The notes beneath the pieces were generated by a model, which made no database searches, was not told the origin of the DNA, and worked only from the letters and a program-made list of their open reading frames with translations. A stretch of 64,000 nt of DNA from positions 12,273,235-12,337,234 of the forward strand of contig CM119271.1 of NCBI GenBank assembly GCA_051294375.1, in the 5' to 3' direction. Origin of the DNA: Paraspadella gotoi. Lineage: Eukaryota; Animalia; Chaetognatha. Positions 1 to 14,090 of this stretch are shown here, in pieces. The position numbers were made by a program, and so were the translations under genes. Position 1 is the stretch's first letter. Each line of letters begins with the position of its first letter.

Positions 1-172
1 TAAAAAAAAAAATAAAACAAAAAAGTAAAAAAAAGATTAAAAAAAACTTGAAGCTTCTTTGATTCCTTTTATTTTTTTCAAAATTTGGTTTTGGGTCCAA
101 ATGTCTTTCGATAAAAACAAGAACCTGCGAGATCTCTGTGTTGCGCCGCACCGACTTTCTTATATAAATGTT

Positions 173-335
173 TAATCCAATCCCTAATCCCAATCCCTCG
201 TCCTAATCTAATCCTTATCCCTAATTCTTATCCCTAATCCTTATCCTTACTCCTTATCCCTAATCCTTATTCCTAATCCTTATTCTTAATCCTTTTCCCT
301 AATCATTATCTCTAATCTTTATCCCTAATCCCCTG
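173..335. repeat. Degenerate (CCCTAAT/CCTTAT) hexamer-like tract
   Basis: Visible CCCTAATCCTTAT repeats; same core as the MITE family. Confidence 0.7.
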
Positions 336-689
336 ATTTTAATTGTAAATCATAACTATATCTTTCATTGACTACTAATGATAATCTTCGAAAAAAGATA
401 ATTTAAAATGTAAATCTATCAAGTTTAAAATTCAAAATCTTCCTCTTCACCCAAGATTCGAAAATCTAAATTCGGCTCAGCTACGAAACCTGACTCTCTC
501 TCTCTCTCCCTTTCTCTCTCTCTCTCTCTCNNNNNNNNNNNNNNNNNNNNNNNNNNNNNNNNNNNNNNNNNNNNNNNNNNNNNNNNNNNNNNNNNNNNNN
601 NNNNNNNNNNNNNNNNNNNNNNNNNNNNNNNNNNNNNNNNNNNNNNNNNNNNNNNNNNNNNNNNNNNNNNNNNNNNNNNNNNNNNNNNN

Positions 690-722
<33 letters not shown>

Positions 723-1720
723 AAGAAAGGGTAAGGAGTGTGAGAGAGAGACCAACCCCTTCGATAAACAAACAAAAGAAATAAAAGGTGAGTTAAAAAT
801 TTGAAATTTCTGCGGAGACTTTAATCCAAAGAAAGCGACCTTACCTTTTGAAATCGTCGTCGTCGTCGTCGTCGTCGTCGTCCGACTTGAGGGTGTGGCA
901 GGAGCCGTGACAGTCAACGAGTGAGAGATGTCACGTTAAAAAACGGCGCTCCTCTAAACTCAGCACAACACAGGTACCCTTAATGCTACGCCGCCATCCC
1001 GCGACACTTTTCCGGTACGCTGCCATGCCTTAGCTCCCTCCCGCTACGCTGCCATCCTCAACACCGTCCCGCAACGCTGCCTCCCCTAAACGCCGTCCCG
1101 CTACGCTGCCAACTCTCAACACCGTCCCGCAACGCTGCCACCCCGCATCACCCCTTCTTCACCCTTCCATGACTTTCACCTTTCTCGATTTCTTTCCAAG
1201 TGATTCAATTCACGTTCGTCGCCGCCGCAGCAGCAGCAGCAGTAGCCGCCGCCGCCGCNNNNNNNNNNNNNNNNNNNNNNNNNNNNNNNNNNNNNNNNNN
1301 NNNNNNNNNNNNNNNNNNNNNNNNNNNNNNNNNNNNNNNNNNNNNNNNNNNNNNNNNNNNNNNNNNNNNNNNNNNNNNNNNNNNNNNNNNNNNNNNNNNN
1401 NNNNNNNNNNNNNNNNNNNNNNNNNNNNNNNNNNNNNNNNNNNNNNNNNNNNNNNNNNNNNNNNNNNNNNNNNNNNNNNNNNNNNNNNNNNNNNAAAAAA
1501 AAATAGTTGCGCTGAAAAATTAACAAATGTCGACCGAGTCATTCGCTTTCATCCGGACGTTTAACCTGAACTTCAACCGGATGTTTAACCGGAACTTTAT
1601 CCGGATGTTTAACCGGAAAACGGCGCCCATTTTGGAGTCACACGACGGCGCCGCTTTTTTGACACTCGTTTACTTTCGTCGTTTTCTCCTGGCGGCGTTA
1701 ACCCCGATAAAAGTGAGTCC

Positions 1721-1755
<35 letters not shown>

Positions 1756-2751
1756 NNNNNNNNNNNNNNNNNNNNNNNNNNNNNNNNNNNNNNNNNNNNN
1801 NNNNNNNNNNNNNNNNNNNNNNNNNNNNNNNNNNNNNNNNNNNNNNNNNNNNNNNNNNNNNNNNNNNNNNNNNNNNNNNNNNNNNNNNNNNNNNNNNNNN
1901 NNNNNNNNNNNNNNNNNNNNNNNNNNNNNNNNNCCCGCCCTTCGCTACCCAAGCCTCTCTATCAAACACCCGATACCGCATAACAACGCGGTATCGAGTA
2001 ACGCACGGTATTTATGTATATATATAAAATCGTTTGTGAATTGTGATAACGAAACGAACGAATGAAGCCTCTATTTTTCTAATACTCGATGATCCAAAGC
2101 AAAAAAATAAAATTAGATTCAGACAAAATTCAATCGATAATTCTCACACACGACGTCGATGTTGTTTTGTTTTCTCATTGCTTCTTCCTTTTCCCGTAAG
2201 AGCGACCCAGCGGTTTTATATTTTTTTGTTTTTTGTTTTTACATTCAAACGAAAAGAAGATGAAAAAAAAAAAAGAACAATCCTTTGCNNNNNNNNNNNN
2301 NNNNNNNNNNNNNNNNNNNNNNNNNNNNNNNNNNNNNNNNNNNNNNNNNNNNNNNNNNNNNNNNNNNNNNNNNNNNNNNNNNNNNNNNNNNNNNNNNNNN
2401 NNNNNNNNNNNNNNNNNNNNNNNNNNNNNNNNNNNNNNNNNNNNNNNNNNNNNNNNNNAGAGAGAGAGAGAGAGAGAGAGAGAGATATTTTGTATTACTA
2501 TTTATTTTATCTAGAGGCTAGAGTCGACGAGGTTTCCACCAGTGGCATCGCCCTCGTCGTCGTCGTCGTCATCGCCGGCGACGATCGACGTTATTCCTGC
2601 CGAAGTTATCGGTCTCGCTGAAGTTATCGGTCCTGCCGAAGTAACATCATTCCTGCTTTGACGTTATCGCTGAGCGAGAATGAAATTGCAAATTATGTCC
2701 ATCTCATTTTATTTTGACCCAAGAAAAAAAAAATAAATAAACCCTGAGTTC

Positions 2752-2930
2752 CTAATAGATCCAATAGATGATGGGGAAGGCAACGAGGAGCAGCTGCCTC
2801 GTACTTACTTCGCTGTCGCCCGCAGCGGCGGCGGCGGCGGCGGCGGCGGCGGGGTTCTCCGCGTCCGGCGCCATAGCCCTGACTTTGACGATGGATTCAG
2901 CGGTCGCGGTGGGTTTCGCTGGTTTCGGTT
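2752..2930 (-). CDS. Carboxypeptidase last exon: Pro/Ala linker and hydrophobic tail
   Basis: EPKPAKPT...AAAAGDSEVSTRQLLLVAFPIIYWIY*; an internal GTAAGT at 2808-2803 could alternatively be a donor. Confidence 0.6.
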
Positions 2931-3287
2931 CTGAGGGGAAAAAGAGCGATAGAGAGAGAGAGAGAGAAATAGAGAGAGAGATAAATTAAACTGAATTTGG
3001 TCTCAAAAAGTATTTCTTCACCTTTTTTTTTGGATCGAATGACGATGTCAGCAACGGTTTTGATTCCCGCCATAACCTGAAAAGACATGGAAAGACATGG
3101 AAAGACATGGAAAGACATGAAATTGTCGCTAAGTAGGGTCAGGATTGAACCCAGTACCTAGTGGTCATGAGCCGATGGTTTTACTAAATGAGCCACGGGG
3201 TTATTTCAAAGGGTAAGTTAAACTCACTTCTTCGCCTGAGGGAAGAATCTGTGACTTCTTGGGAACGAACCCCAATCCTTCGCCTGA

Positions 3288-3379
<92 letters not shown>

Positions 3380-3597
3380 CTTTTGTCATTGCAAGCTTGC
3401 TCTCTTAATTGCCAACCAGATTTAAACACCAAGCATCATAAAAAATATTTGAACGATTGATTGTTGACTTTTATTCCATCCCTGCGTTGATTGGCTCGAT
3501 AGGAAAAATCGCGCCTCATGATTGGTCCATTCTCTATTTCAACGAACCTGGATCGTCTTGTGGTCTCAATTCCAACGTGTAAGAATATTGAATTCCT

Positions 3598-3661
<64 letters not shown>

Positions 3662-4724
3662 TTGAGGTAAACAAAAAATATTGAGTTTCCTTCATTTCTC
3701 GTCAACCGCGACCAACGACCCAATAAAACGTCCGAACCTTTGAGTTTGGCCCAATCCATTCCGCTGCCAGAAACTCTGAAAGAAAAAAACAAGAACGGTG
3801 ATTCCAATGAGTTGCGCCGCAGTGACTTTATTTTCACGTCTATTTCCCTTTGATCACTTGATATGATATGACATGACATGTCATGACTAAAAAAACTTTC
3901 TTAGCCTGTGTAATTATAACATGCACTGCATCAAAATTCCGTCTTTTATTCCTTATAGTGTTAACTTTTAGGATTTCCTGAAGGCGGCGCTGTCTCAACA
4001 AATGAGCAACCAACTATAGGCAAATTATATGCATTTTCAACTCAAGTGGGACAGACCGACAGACCGACCGACCGACCGACCGACCGACCGCAACTAAAAA
4101 CGAAAGATATATTTATTCTTTTCTCATCAAAAACCGAGAAAGTCGCCACGATATACAGACTGACGGACCGAATCGCAAGGACATGACGAATTAACGGACG
4201 GATCGACGGATCGAATTAGCGACAGCCATAAAGTTCCCAAACAATCATTCCTCATTTCAACAAGCAATCAAGCAATTCACATATCAAGCTCAAAGGTCTG
4301 CCTCCTCCCCTCTTCCCAGCAATCCCTTCTCTCCCTCCTCTCCCCGTCTCTCTCCCTCCCTCTCACTCTCCCTTCTCTCCCCGTCTCTCTCCCTCCCTCT
4401 TCCCTCCCTCTCTCTCTCTCTCTCTCCCTCGTCTCTCTCCCTACCTCTCTCTCTCTCCCTCCCTCTCTCTCCCTACTTCTCCCTCTCTCTCTCTCCCTCC
4501 CTCTCTCTCCTTCCCTCTCTCCCTCCCTCTCCCTCTCCTCCCTCCCTCTCCCTCTCTCTCTCTCCCCCAAAACGAAATAGGTTTTGAGTTTTGACAAGAG
4601 TTTAGCCTCACCGATCGGCTGAGCAACTCACGCGTAAAGAATCTCCGGTGAGATTCCCGCCCTCCATGTCGTGTGGTGAACATCTTGGATCGCGCCCACG
4701 CCGGCCATCGCCACTTTCTGGGGA

Positions 4725-4775
<51 letters not shown>

Positions 4776-6738
4776 GTGAAACGTCCTTCTCGTCTCTTCG
4801 GTTCACTGAATATGACACTCGAGCAAATATCGCGTCAACGCGTCGCGCTTCACCGTGAGTCACGCCTCCTCTCTGCCCTTTCACTTCTCGCTTAAGCTGA
4901 TCCTTCACTCCCCTCCATTAATCTTTCTCACCACCCTGACAGCCCGGTAACCCGGACACCTCGGCTCCTCGAGACTCCGACACCCAGGCACCCTGAAACC
5001 CTGATATCCCACCACTCCAGTACCCCGACACCTATACCCCTTCCTGACACCCCGGTATCCTGACACTCTAACAACATTGGCTATCCGAGACTCTGACACC
5101 CAGCCACCCAGGTACCCTAACACCCTGGCACCCTGACACCAATTTACCCTGACTCCCCGAAATCCCCCCCCCCGATCCCAACTCCCTTTCCCCCCTCAAG
5201 TCGCCGTCGAAACTCATCTCCGCGCTGTGACATTGATGGGGAAAGGAGCGTTGCTGGGGTTGATGTAGATGATGTTGAAAGGGAGAGAGATGAGATTTGG
5301 CGTCGGTATTGTCATGCGTAGGCGTAAAAAAAAAGGTTTGATATGGGAATCGAGATGGAAAATCGTGTGGGGGGGGGAGCGAAAGGATGTTAAAGATGGC
5401 GAAAGATGATGATGTGGAAAAATAAATATTGTGGGGAATTGATGTGAAGAATGAAGTGGAAGATGCTGTGTGGAATTGATGTAGAATGTGGTTTTGAGAA
5501 TGATATGAGATCAGATGGGGATGTAGAGAAGAGGAATGGCGTGAAGAGAGGTTTGAGAAGTAGGGCTGAAGTCGAAGAGATGTTTGAGAAGTAGGGATGA
5601 AGTTGAAGTGGGAGTTGGTGTGGGTAATGATTTGGTTGTAGATGGCAAAGATCGAGACAAATCGGAAAAACTGAAGTCAACGTCAATAAAAGTCGCATCA
5701 TGAAAAAGCAAAACGAAACTAGGAACAAGAAATAAGAAACTGATCGCTCTCTCTCTCTCTGCTCTCTCTCTCTCTCTCTCTCTCTCTTCATCCTACCATG
5801 AGATCGTCGTAATCGCCGACGTGCTTGCTGGTATAACTGAAAGGAACGAGCCAGAGTTGACCGTAGGAATGCAAGCTGAAGAAAGCTCGATAGTTGGTCA
5901 GATTCTTGAAGATGAATTTGGCCGCGCCGCGAGACTCGGCCTCGCTGAAGGCGAAGGGGCCGTCGTAGATCTGGACGGGGCGTTGGAGGGGAGCGGCGAG
6001 AAGCGGATTCATTATGTTCCAAATATGATATGAAATTGGTACAAGCAATCTAAAAAATTATCCATTCATTTAATAAATAAATCGTCATGTATGGCAACGG
6101 GGGGGGACAGGTGTGATGCCTGGGGTGTGAGGCGTCTCCCGACAGCTGGCGCTCAGGGCTTTGGACCTGAAGTGACCCCCCCCAAGTCACTGGCGTGTTT
6201 ATGCTGACACCATCACACTTTAACCAGCGAGACCGGGAGGGGTTTGAACCCGGAACTCACGGTTGGTGAACGAGTACTTAGCTGTCTAAACTGTCCAAGC
6301 TATACGGGAGGCGAATTTAGGATTCGCCACACATGCCCCTGACTTTGGATAGGCTATCGTTGGTTAAGTCTTCCTTCTTTCACACAAGATCATAATATAG
6401 CAAGAACCTGAAAGACTCACAGTCTGGTAGTTTTTTAATTAAAATATTAAATTAAAATATTATTGACAAGAAAAAATTTTGTCCGTGAGTTTTAGGAAAT
6501 TTACCCATGAATTTAAAAAGAATTATAATATTATAAATTAGTGACATATAGAGTTTTTTCCCCGTTTCTTGACGGCGGGTGGCCCTAAGCCATTGGCTGC
6601 TTTTTGGCCTCAGTGATGGCCACGCGGTCGCCAGCTGTTAATGGTCTACGTTGGCCACCAATGGTCAGGGACTCCCAAACGGCCTCGCGGGGTTTTTACC
6701 GCTTAATGGCGCGGAGAACGGTAGTAATTTTCGCCAGG

Positions 6739-6788
<50 letters not shown>

Positions 6789-7351
6789 ATAGTCGCATGG
6801 GTCACGTGACCCGTCCACGTGTTTCGACCACTCGGAATCCCAGTTCCGGTTCAGGTCCACGCCCACGCAGGCTTTTTCCTTGCAATCGGCTTCCTGAGGG
6901 AGAAAAAGGAGAGAAAAGAAAAGAAAAGTGAAAGAAAAGGAAAGGAAAGGAAAGTAGAGGAAAGGAAAGGAAAGGATGACGACGCGAGGTGAGAAAAAGA
7001 GAAGAAAGAGAAGGAAGAAGAAGAGGAAGAGGAGGAGGAAGAAGAATAGGAAGAAGAAGTGGAAGAGGAGGAGGAAGAAGAAGAGGAAAAGGAGGAAGAA
7101 GAAGACGAGGACGACGAACAACGACCGTTGGGAAATGATTGGACGATGAAATATGTTTTTCTGGGTTTAACGTCATTCCATTTCTCATTTTTTATGATCT
7201 CTTATTTTCTCTCTTTCNNNNNNNNNNACATTAAAGTTAATTTAATTAGCGAATCCATCAGCTCTTTAACCGGTTTAAAAAATGTCATACACGATAGGGT
7301 TAACAACGATTAACCGTGATTAACCAAGCGTCTCGTGTCTCTTGGGAAATC

Positions 7352-7385
<34 letters not shown>

Positions 7386-9190
7386 NNNNNNNNNNNNNNN
7401 NNNNNNNNNNNNNNNNNNNNNNNNNNNNNNNNNNNNNNNNNNNNNNNNNNNNNNNNNNNNNNNNNNNNNNNNNNNNNNNNNNNNNNNNNNNNNNNNNNNN
7501 NNNNNNNNNNNNNNNGGGGTGGCGGAAAGAAACAACACAAACGCTTTTCTGATAAATGGATATTTGAGTTGTGACAGGCCACATCTGCTGCCAAACATCT
7601 GACAGGTGACATCTGCTGCCACTGGCTTTACGACAGGCGACGATCAACGCCGCTTCGTCTTTCACTTTTTTTGCTCCGATGCTTTTTCTAGATCTTTCTT
7701 CGTCTCGCTTTTCACGCACTCTCTCCGGATGAGAGGAGGGGATGTGAGAGGGGAGAGGAGAGAGAGTGGAGTGAGGAGAGAGGAAGAGAGAGGAATGAGG
7801 GAGGGAGAGAGAGATTGAAGAGGGGGATGTGAGAGAGTGAGAGGAGAGAAGGGAAAGTGAGAGAGGGAAAAGGGGGAGAGGAGAGAGAGATGAGAGGGGG
7901 GGATGTTGAGAGAGTGGAGAAGAGGAGAGAGAGTGGAGAGTGAGAGAGGGAAGGAAGACGAAAGGGAGAGGAGAGAGAGATGAGAGGGATGGGGATGTGA
8001 GAGAGTGGAGAGGAGAGAGAGTGGAGAGGAGAGAGGGGAAGGAGAGAGGAAAGGGGGATAGGAGAGAGAGATTGAGAGGGGGGATGGAAGAGTGGAGAGG
8101 AGAGAGAGTGGAGAGGAGAGAGGAAAGGAGAGAGAAGAGGGAGAGGAGAGAGAGATGAGAGGAGGGAATGTGAGAGAGTGGAGAGGAGAGAGAGTGGAGA
8201 GGAGAAGGGGAAAGGAGAGGAAAGGGGATAGGAAGAGAGATAGAAGGGGATGTGAAAGAGAGTGGACATGAGAGAGAGTGGAGAGGAGTGAGGAAAGGAG
8301 AGAGGAAAGAGGGAGAGGAGAGAGATGAGAGGAGGGAATGTGAGAGAGTGGAGAGAGAGAGAGTGGAGAGGAGAGAGGGAAAGGAGGAGAGGAAAGAGGG
8401 AGAGGAAGAGAAATGAGAAGGGGGGATGTGAGAGAGTTGGAGAGGAGAAGAGAGTGGAGAGGAGAGAGGAAAGGAGAGAGGAAAGGGGAGAGGAAGAGAG
8501 ATGAGAAAGGGGGATGTGAGAGAGTGGACAGGAGAGAAGTGGAGAGGAGGAGGAAGGAGAGAGGAAAGGGAGGAGGAGAGAGCAGATGAGAGAGGGAATG
8601 TGAGAGATGGGAGGAGAGAGAGTGGAGAGGAACGAGGGAAAGGAGAGAGGAAGAGGGGAGAGGAGAGAGAGAGAGAGGGGGATGTGAGAGAGTGGGAGGA
8701 GAGAGAGTGGAGAGGAGAGAGGGAAAGGAGAGAGGAAAGAGGGAGAGGAGAGAGAGATGAGAGAGGATGTGAGAGAGTGGAGAGGAACGAGAGAGTGGAG
8801 AGAGAGAGGAAAGGAGAGAGGAAGGGGAGAGTGAGGAGAGAGATGATCGAGGGGGGATTGAGAGAGTGGAGAGGAGAGAGGGAATAGGAGAGAGGAAAGG
8901 GGAGGGAGAGAGAGATGAGAAGGGGGATTGAGGAGTGGACAGGAAGAGTGCTGAAAAGCGAGACGAAGGAAAGATCAGAAAAAGCATCGGAGCAAAAAAA
9001 GTGAAAACGAAGCGGCGTTGATCGTCGCCTGTCGTAAAGCCAGTGGCCAGGCAATGTCACCTGTTCAGATGTTTGCAAGCAGATGTGGCCTGTCACAACT
9101 CAACAATAATCCATTTATCAGAAAAAGCGTTTGTGTTGTTTCTCGCCACCCCGAGAGAGAGAGAGAAGAGAGAGAGAGAAAGAGAGAGAG

Positions 9191-9240
<50 letters not shown>

Positions 9241-12200
9241 GATTTCCCAAGAGACACGAGACGCTTGGTTAATCACGGTAATTCGTATGTTGAACCCTAT
9301 CGTGTATCTCTCTCTTTNNNNNNNNNNNNNNNNNNNNNNNNNCCTCCTCCTCCCTATAAAAAACCCCCCGAAGACCCACCAGTGAAGCGCCTCGACGAGA
9401 TACTTGTACTGCGGGTCGTTGACGAGCCGGTCGATGATGTAGACGGCCGTGGCGCCGGAGATCCACTCCCTGGCGTGCTCGTTGGCGTGGAGCCAGATGG
9501 CGGGCTTGGGCGGACCGCCTGGGATCGGGACGCCGATCTCGATCCCTCGAAGCTCACGCTTCTCGTAAGTGTCGCCGAAGGTGAAGACTCGGAGGTGGTA
9601 GTCGAGGTCGCCTTTGACGCACTTGACGAGGAACTTGGGGAAGGGAGGAAGAGGAGGAGGAGCAGGAGGAGGAAGAACTGATAATAATCGAATGACAGAA
9701 TGACGTAAATGACTTATTTTCCAAAAACGCCCCTTTTTGTCTCAAATTCGGTATTGGGTTAATTTTTTTAGTTAAGGATTAGGTTAAAGGTTAGGGTCAG
9801 GGATTTGGGTTAGAGGATAGAGGGTAAAGGATAGAGGATAGAGGATAGAGTTAAAAATTAGGGATAAAGGTTTAGGGTTAAAAATATATATAAAGGTTTA
9901 GGGTTAAAAATATATTTAGGTTGAATATTAAAGTTAAAATTAAATTCTGGGGAAAAAAACGAATATAAATGTGGCACTCTCGGAAAAGAGAGTTCAATAT
10001 TGTAGGAAATTGGCCACTCTCNNNNNNNNNNNNNNNNNNNNNNNNNCCTCGGAGGAGTTGAAGGAGATGAGATCCACAATGACCACCCATGAGGAGGCCA
10101 GGTGTGGTGGAGGAAGACGACAGCGTCTGTTATCATTTGTAAATTGAGTTCTTTTGCGGCGGGTATTTGTGATACGTGAAGTTTATATTTGAGAGTTTAG
10201 ACTGAATGACAGTTAAGAATTGGGTAAGATCAGGACTTAGGTAGAACGAGAGCGAGAATCGAGAGTCGGCGGGTGAGAGTTGAGAGTGAAGAGTGAGATT
10301 TGGGATATTAGATTCGAGGATTAGAATCGGAGATTCGAGATTGAGAATCGAGATTTGAAGATTAGAAATAGAGGTGAAGACGAAAAGTTTATTTTAGTTA
10401 GTTAAGTTCTTTCCTTTCTTTCTTGTTTCGTTGTCGTTTTCTTCAAAAATTTCCATTCCATCTTACATTTGTATTGAGAAAAAAAGTCCCAAACATCTTG
10501 CAGGGTTGACATTCACGTTACATTACTTTGTTTATAAATTAAAGCGTGAGCTCTTTCCCACAGAATCACGAAATCACGTATAAACCTTAACGTAATTGTT
10601 GAAAGCAACACAAAGGCTATCGTCGATGCATCGGAATGTCGTGAATGTTATCTTTTTCGATTTTCTAGCGTCGATGCATCCATTTGGAATTAAGCTAAGA
10701 AGACGGTCTAGCACTGACGAACGATCGATGCGGCATACGGAATTTTATAGAGCCGCGTTAAGCGTCGAAAGTAGTTCAAACAATCGTAGCTCGGAATTCA
10801 ACAAGAAAAGATTTGTTCAAGCTATTCTACTAGATTCCCGTTTCCGGAGAAAGTCAGATTAATCTTAGCTTAATCATTTCTTTCGCAAACTGTAAACGGC
10901 CGCATCTTAGCTAGGAAAATGTAGGTTCGCAGACATTGAAAGTCGCTAGAGGATCGGAAACCACGCCCGTATAGGATGTCCGCATTGAGAATTCTTTATT
11001 TTGTCTTGCCGACCGACAGAGACAAATGAACACTAGTCTAAAACAGACAATTGTTATTATTAATGAAACCGTAGTTTGTTTAAAATATGACGTTAATAAT
11101 AGCAATTAAATCTCAATCTATCGCCGTCCTTCCAAAAGTGTGAAACTCCAAACTTTCGGTGCATTGATGACGTTTAAAAGAATCAAATCGTTCAGATTTA
11201 AAAAAATAATTTCATCCATCAAAACGGCTTATTTCTCTCCAACGTTCAAACAAAAAATGAAAAAAACTCGGCAGATTGGAAGCTCCGCCAAAAAAAACTA
11301 GGTAAAAGGCAGTTAGTTCCTGAATTCTCCGGCCGTCTCGTGCATTCGTTAGACCGTCGTTTTAAAGGAAGCTCTGATGTCAGAGCCCGGCGGCAGTAGA
11401 CAATCTTTCCTAGTGGAACTTAGAGTCGAAAAATTTCCAAATTCCGGACCATCGAAGATGTAGAGGCAACGTTACGAGAGAGAAATAAAAGATTGAGGAA
11501 ATTCATCGATTTCGTCGGGTAAACATGGCGGAGGACAAATTATGATTGAGTTTCTAAGATTGAGAAATTCTTTTATATTATTCTTTCGTGATAGGCCCAT
11601 TTTAAGATTCATTCTTATCAAATTTTTAGGCAAAATTTATAATATAAATCAAGATTTTGTTATGCATTTTTATCCCATTTTCGAGGTGCCCCCACGGGCG
11701 TTGCCACTTGGACCACTCAAATTTATAAACTACACTAACCTAAAATTTAAAATCTAGAAATACCAACTAGTCCGTCCGTAACTCACACAAACAGATTATC
11801 CTTACTGTGATATGAAGAACCCTAGAAAAAAAAAACCAGAGACGCGGTATTCACGCTCTTATTATAGAATTGACACTCGGTCAATCTATTATTTCTTAAT
11901 CCTCAAAAGAGTGAATTTAACCTCATCCCAGCTTAATGAGGCCTCGACATTGTGCAGAGGCAAATGGCTTCCCAGCTTAACAGAGCCTCGTACATTTGCA
12001 GATAGGCAAATGGTCCCAGCTTAATGTAGGCCGCCTCCGTCACGTGTGCAGAATGGCAAAATATGATAAATCCCCAGCTAAATAGAGCGCCTCCGGTCAA
12101 TAAACATGCATGGCATAAAATGCCAAGGTAAGCGAAAACGTATTTACTACTTCAAAAAACAATACACGACCACATGCGAGGTTAAAAGTGACGCAAAAAA

Positions 12201-14057
12201 AAATATGACGCCTATGTGCCGAATTCCATATTATTTTCATAATGTAAATTTTTAACGTGTTTTCCGTTTTACGTCGCCAAGGACGGGCAGTTATGGGGCT
12301 CCAACGCGGAGCCAGGATGTTTTTCGGTTCACTGTGCAAGAACGGGCAGTATATACGAGCTCAACGCTGGCCAGGTTTTCTCTCTACTCCGCAGACGGCC
12401 ATTACCAAACAAGCCCAAGTAAGCCAATCTCCCACCCGCTTAGCAAGGTGACAAGACCCGTCATATGCTAGCTTTACATCCACACCACCAGCAAATGTCG
12501 AAGGAGAGCTGGAAAATTAAAACACGGCCCCACTAGATAAAACTCATTCTTAACTCTTATTATCTTATTAAATATGAACCATATTAGCTCATGAAAACTC
12601 GCACCACATCCCCACTTAAGCACGTAGCAGTGCAACAAGAGAGCGTGGGGACCCGAACAATGCCGGATCCACCATGTCGTCTCTTATTACTACTCCTGTA
12701 ATAAACTGACGAATCTATTTAGCCTAATACATTAATAGAGGATTGAGTATCACTATAGTTATAATTAATAAGGGTTAAAACAAAAAGAAATAAAACGGGA
12801 GAGAAATAACAAATTGTTACTCGGCCCAAAATCACGACCTGAAGAATTACAAGCGATCGAAAAACCCAAAAAGCATTTGTTTACAATTCGCGACAGGTTA
12901 TATTGTAAACTACAAGACCGAGATTTGTAAAATACTTAATATTCGAGCAGATAGAGTCATTATGAAGGGGGAAAAGGGGAGAGTGGGATGGGAGGGTCGT
13001 AAGAGGTTGCGAGAGTGAGAGTTGAGCGCATGGCAGAGTGGTCATTTCTGTTTGAGGTTTTTCAAATAATTAGCAGGAAAAAGAAAAAAATATGAAGAGG
13101 AAAGGAAAGAAGAAGAAAGAGAAGAGAAGGAGATAAGAAAAGAAGGGGATAGAGGAAGAGAGAGAAGAGAAAGACGGTAGAAAAGCAGAGGAAAGGAAAA
13201 AATAAAGAAGAGATGAAGAAGGAGATAAAGAAAAGAATAAGAATAGGAAGAAAAGATAAAATGGGAGATGGGAACAAGGGAGAAAAAGAGATAAAAAGGA
13301 GAAAAAGAAGAAAGAGAAGAAAGGAGAAAGGAAAAGGCAAAGAAAAGGAGAAACAGAGAGAAGAAAAGAATGCAGGAAAAAAGGAAAGGAAAGGAACGAG
13401 AGGAACAACCATTGATGCAAAGAGAAGAGGAAAAACAGAGAACAAACTCGTAAACGAACGAAGCGGAATCAGCGAAAACAACCAATGACGGAGGGAAATT
13501 CATAACAAAACAAACAACAACAACAACAATAACACGACGACGACGACGACGACGAGGAAATGGAGAGGAAAAATCTTTTTATGGCTGAGGGGAAAATGTG
13601 AGGTTGAAGGAAGGAGAGAGAGGGAGGAGAGAGAGGGAGTGGAGAGAGAGAGGAGAGAGATAGGGTGAAGAGAGGAGATGAGGGGGGGAGAAGAGGTAAG
13701 GGCAGAGAGAGAGAGGGAAGAGGGCATAGATGAAGGAGAGGAGAGAGGGGAGGAAGAGAGAAAGAGAGAGGGATAGAGAGAAGGGAGGAGATGGACGGAG
13801 AAATAGGGAAGGACAGGAGGGAGAGAGGAAGGAAAAGTAGTGAGTGGACGAGAGAGAGAAAGAAGAGACGAGCCAGACGAGTATGAGAGACGCCGCAGAG
13901 AGAGATTGCAGCTGAGATGTAAGAGACGAGAAGAGAGAGAAGGAGAGAGAGAGAAGAAGGGAGAGAGAAAGAATATTGAGAGGGGTAACGATGATTGGAC
14001 AGAAAAAAATTATTGCAGAAAGAATACAAGATGAGAAAAAATAGTGGGGTCCCCTTT

Positions 14058-14090
<33 letters not shown>

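Noticed and set aside
173-335. True telomere
   Set aside because: Degenerate, short and interstitial; similar tracts recur inside a dispersed repeat family.
845-975. Coding exon ending at a strong minus-strand GTAAGG donor
   Set aside because: Stops in all three frames shortly upstream and no clear acceptor; at most a non-coding exon.
3125-3200. Functional tRNA-Met gene
   Set aside because: CAT loop and B box are present, but the acceptor and D stems do not pair convincingly; better explained as a SINE head.
7126-7160. Candidate for the missing carboxypeptidase exon
   Set aside because: No pyrimidine tract and no NPDGY or WRKxR motif in any frame.
7300-9096. 598-aa and 441-aa S/L/P-rich ORFs
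   Set aside because: Translation of a polypyrimidine minisatellite that cannot contain stop codons; no domain signal.
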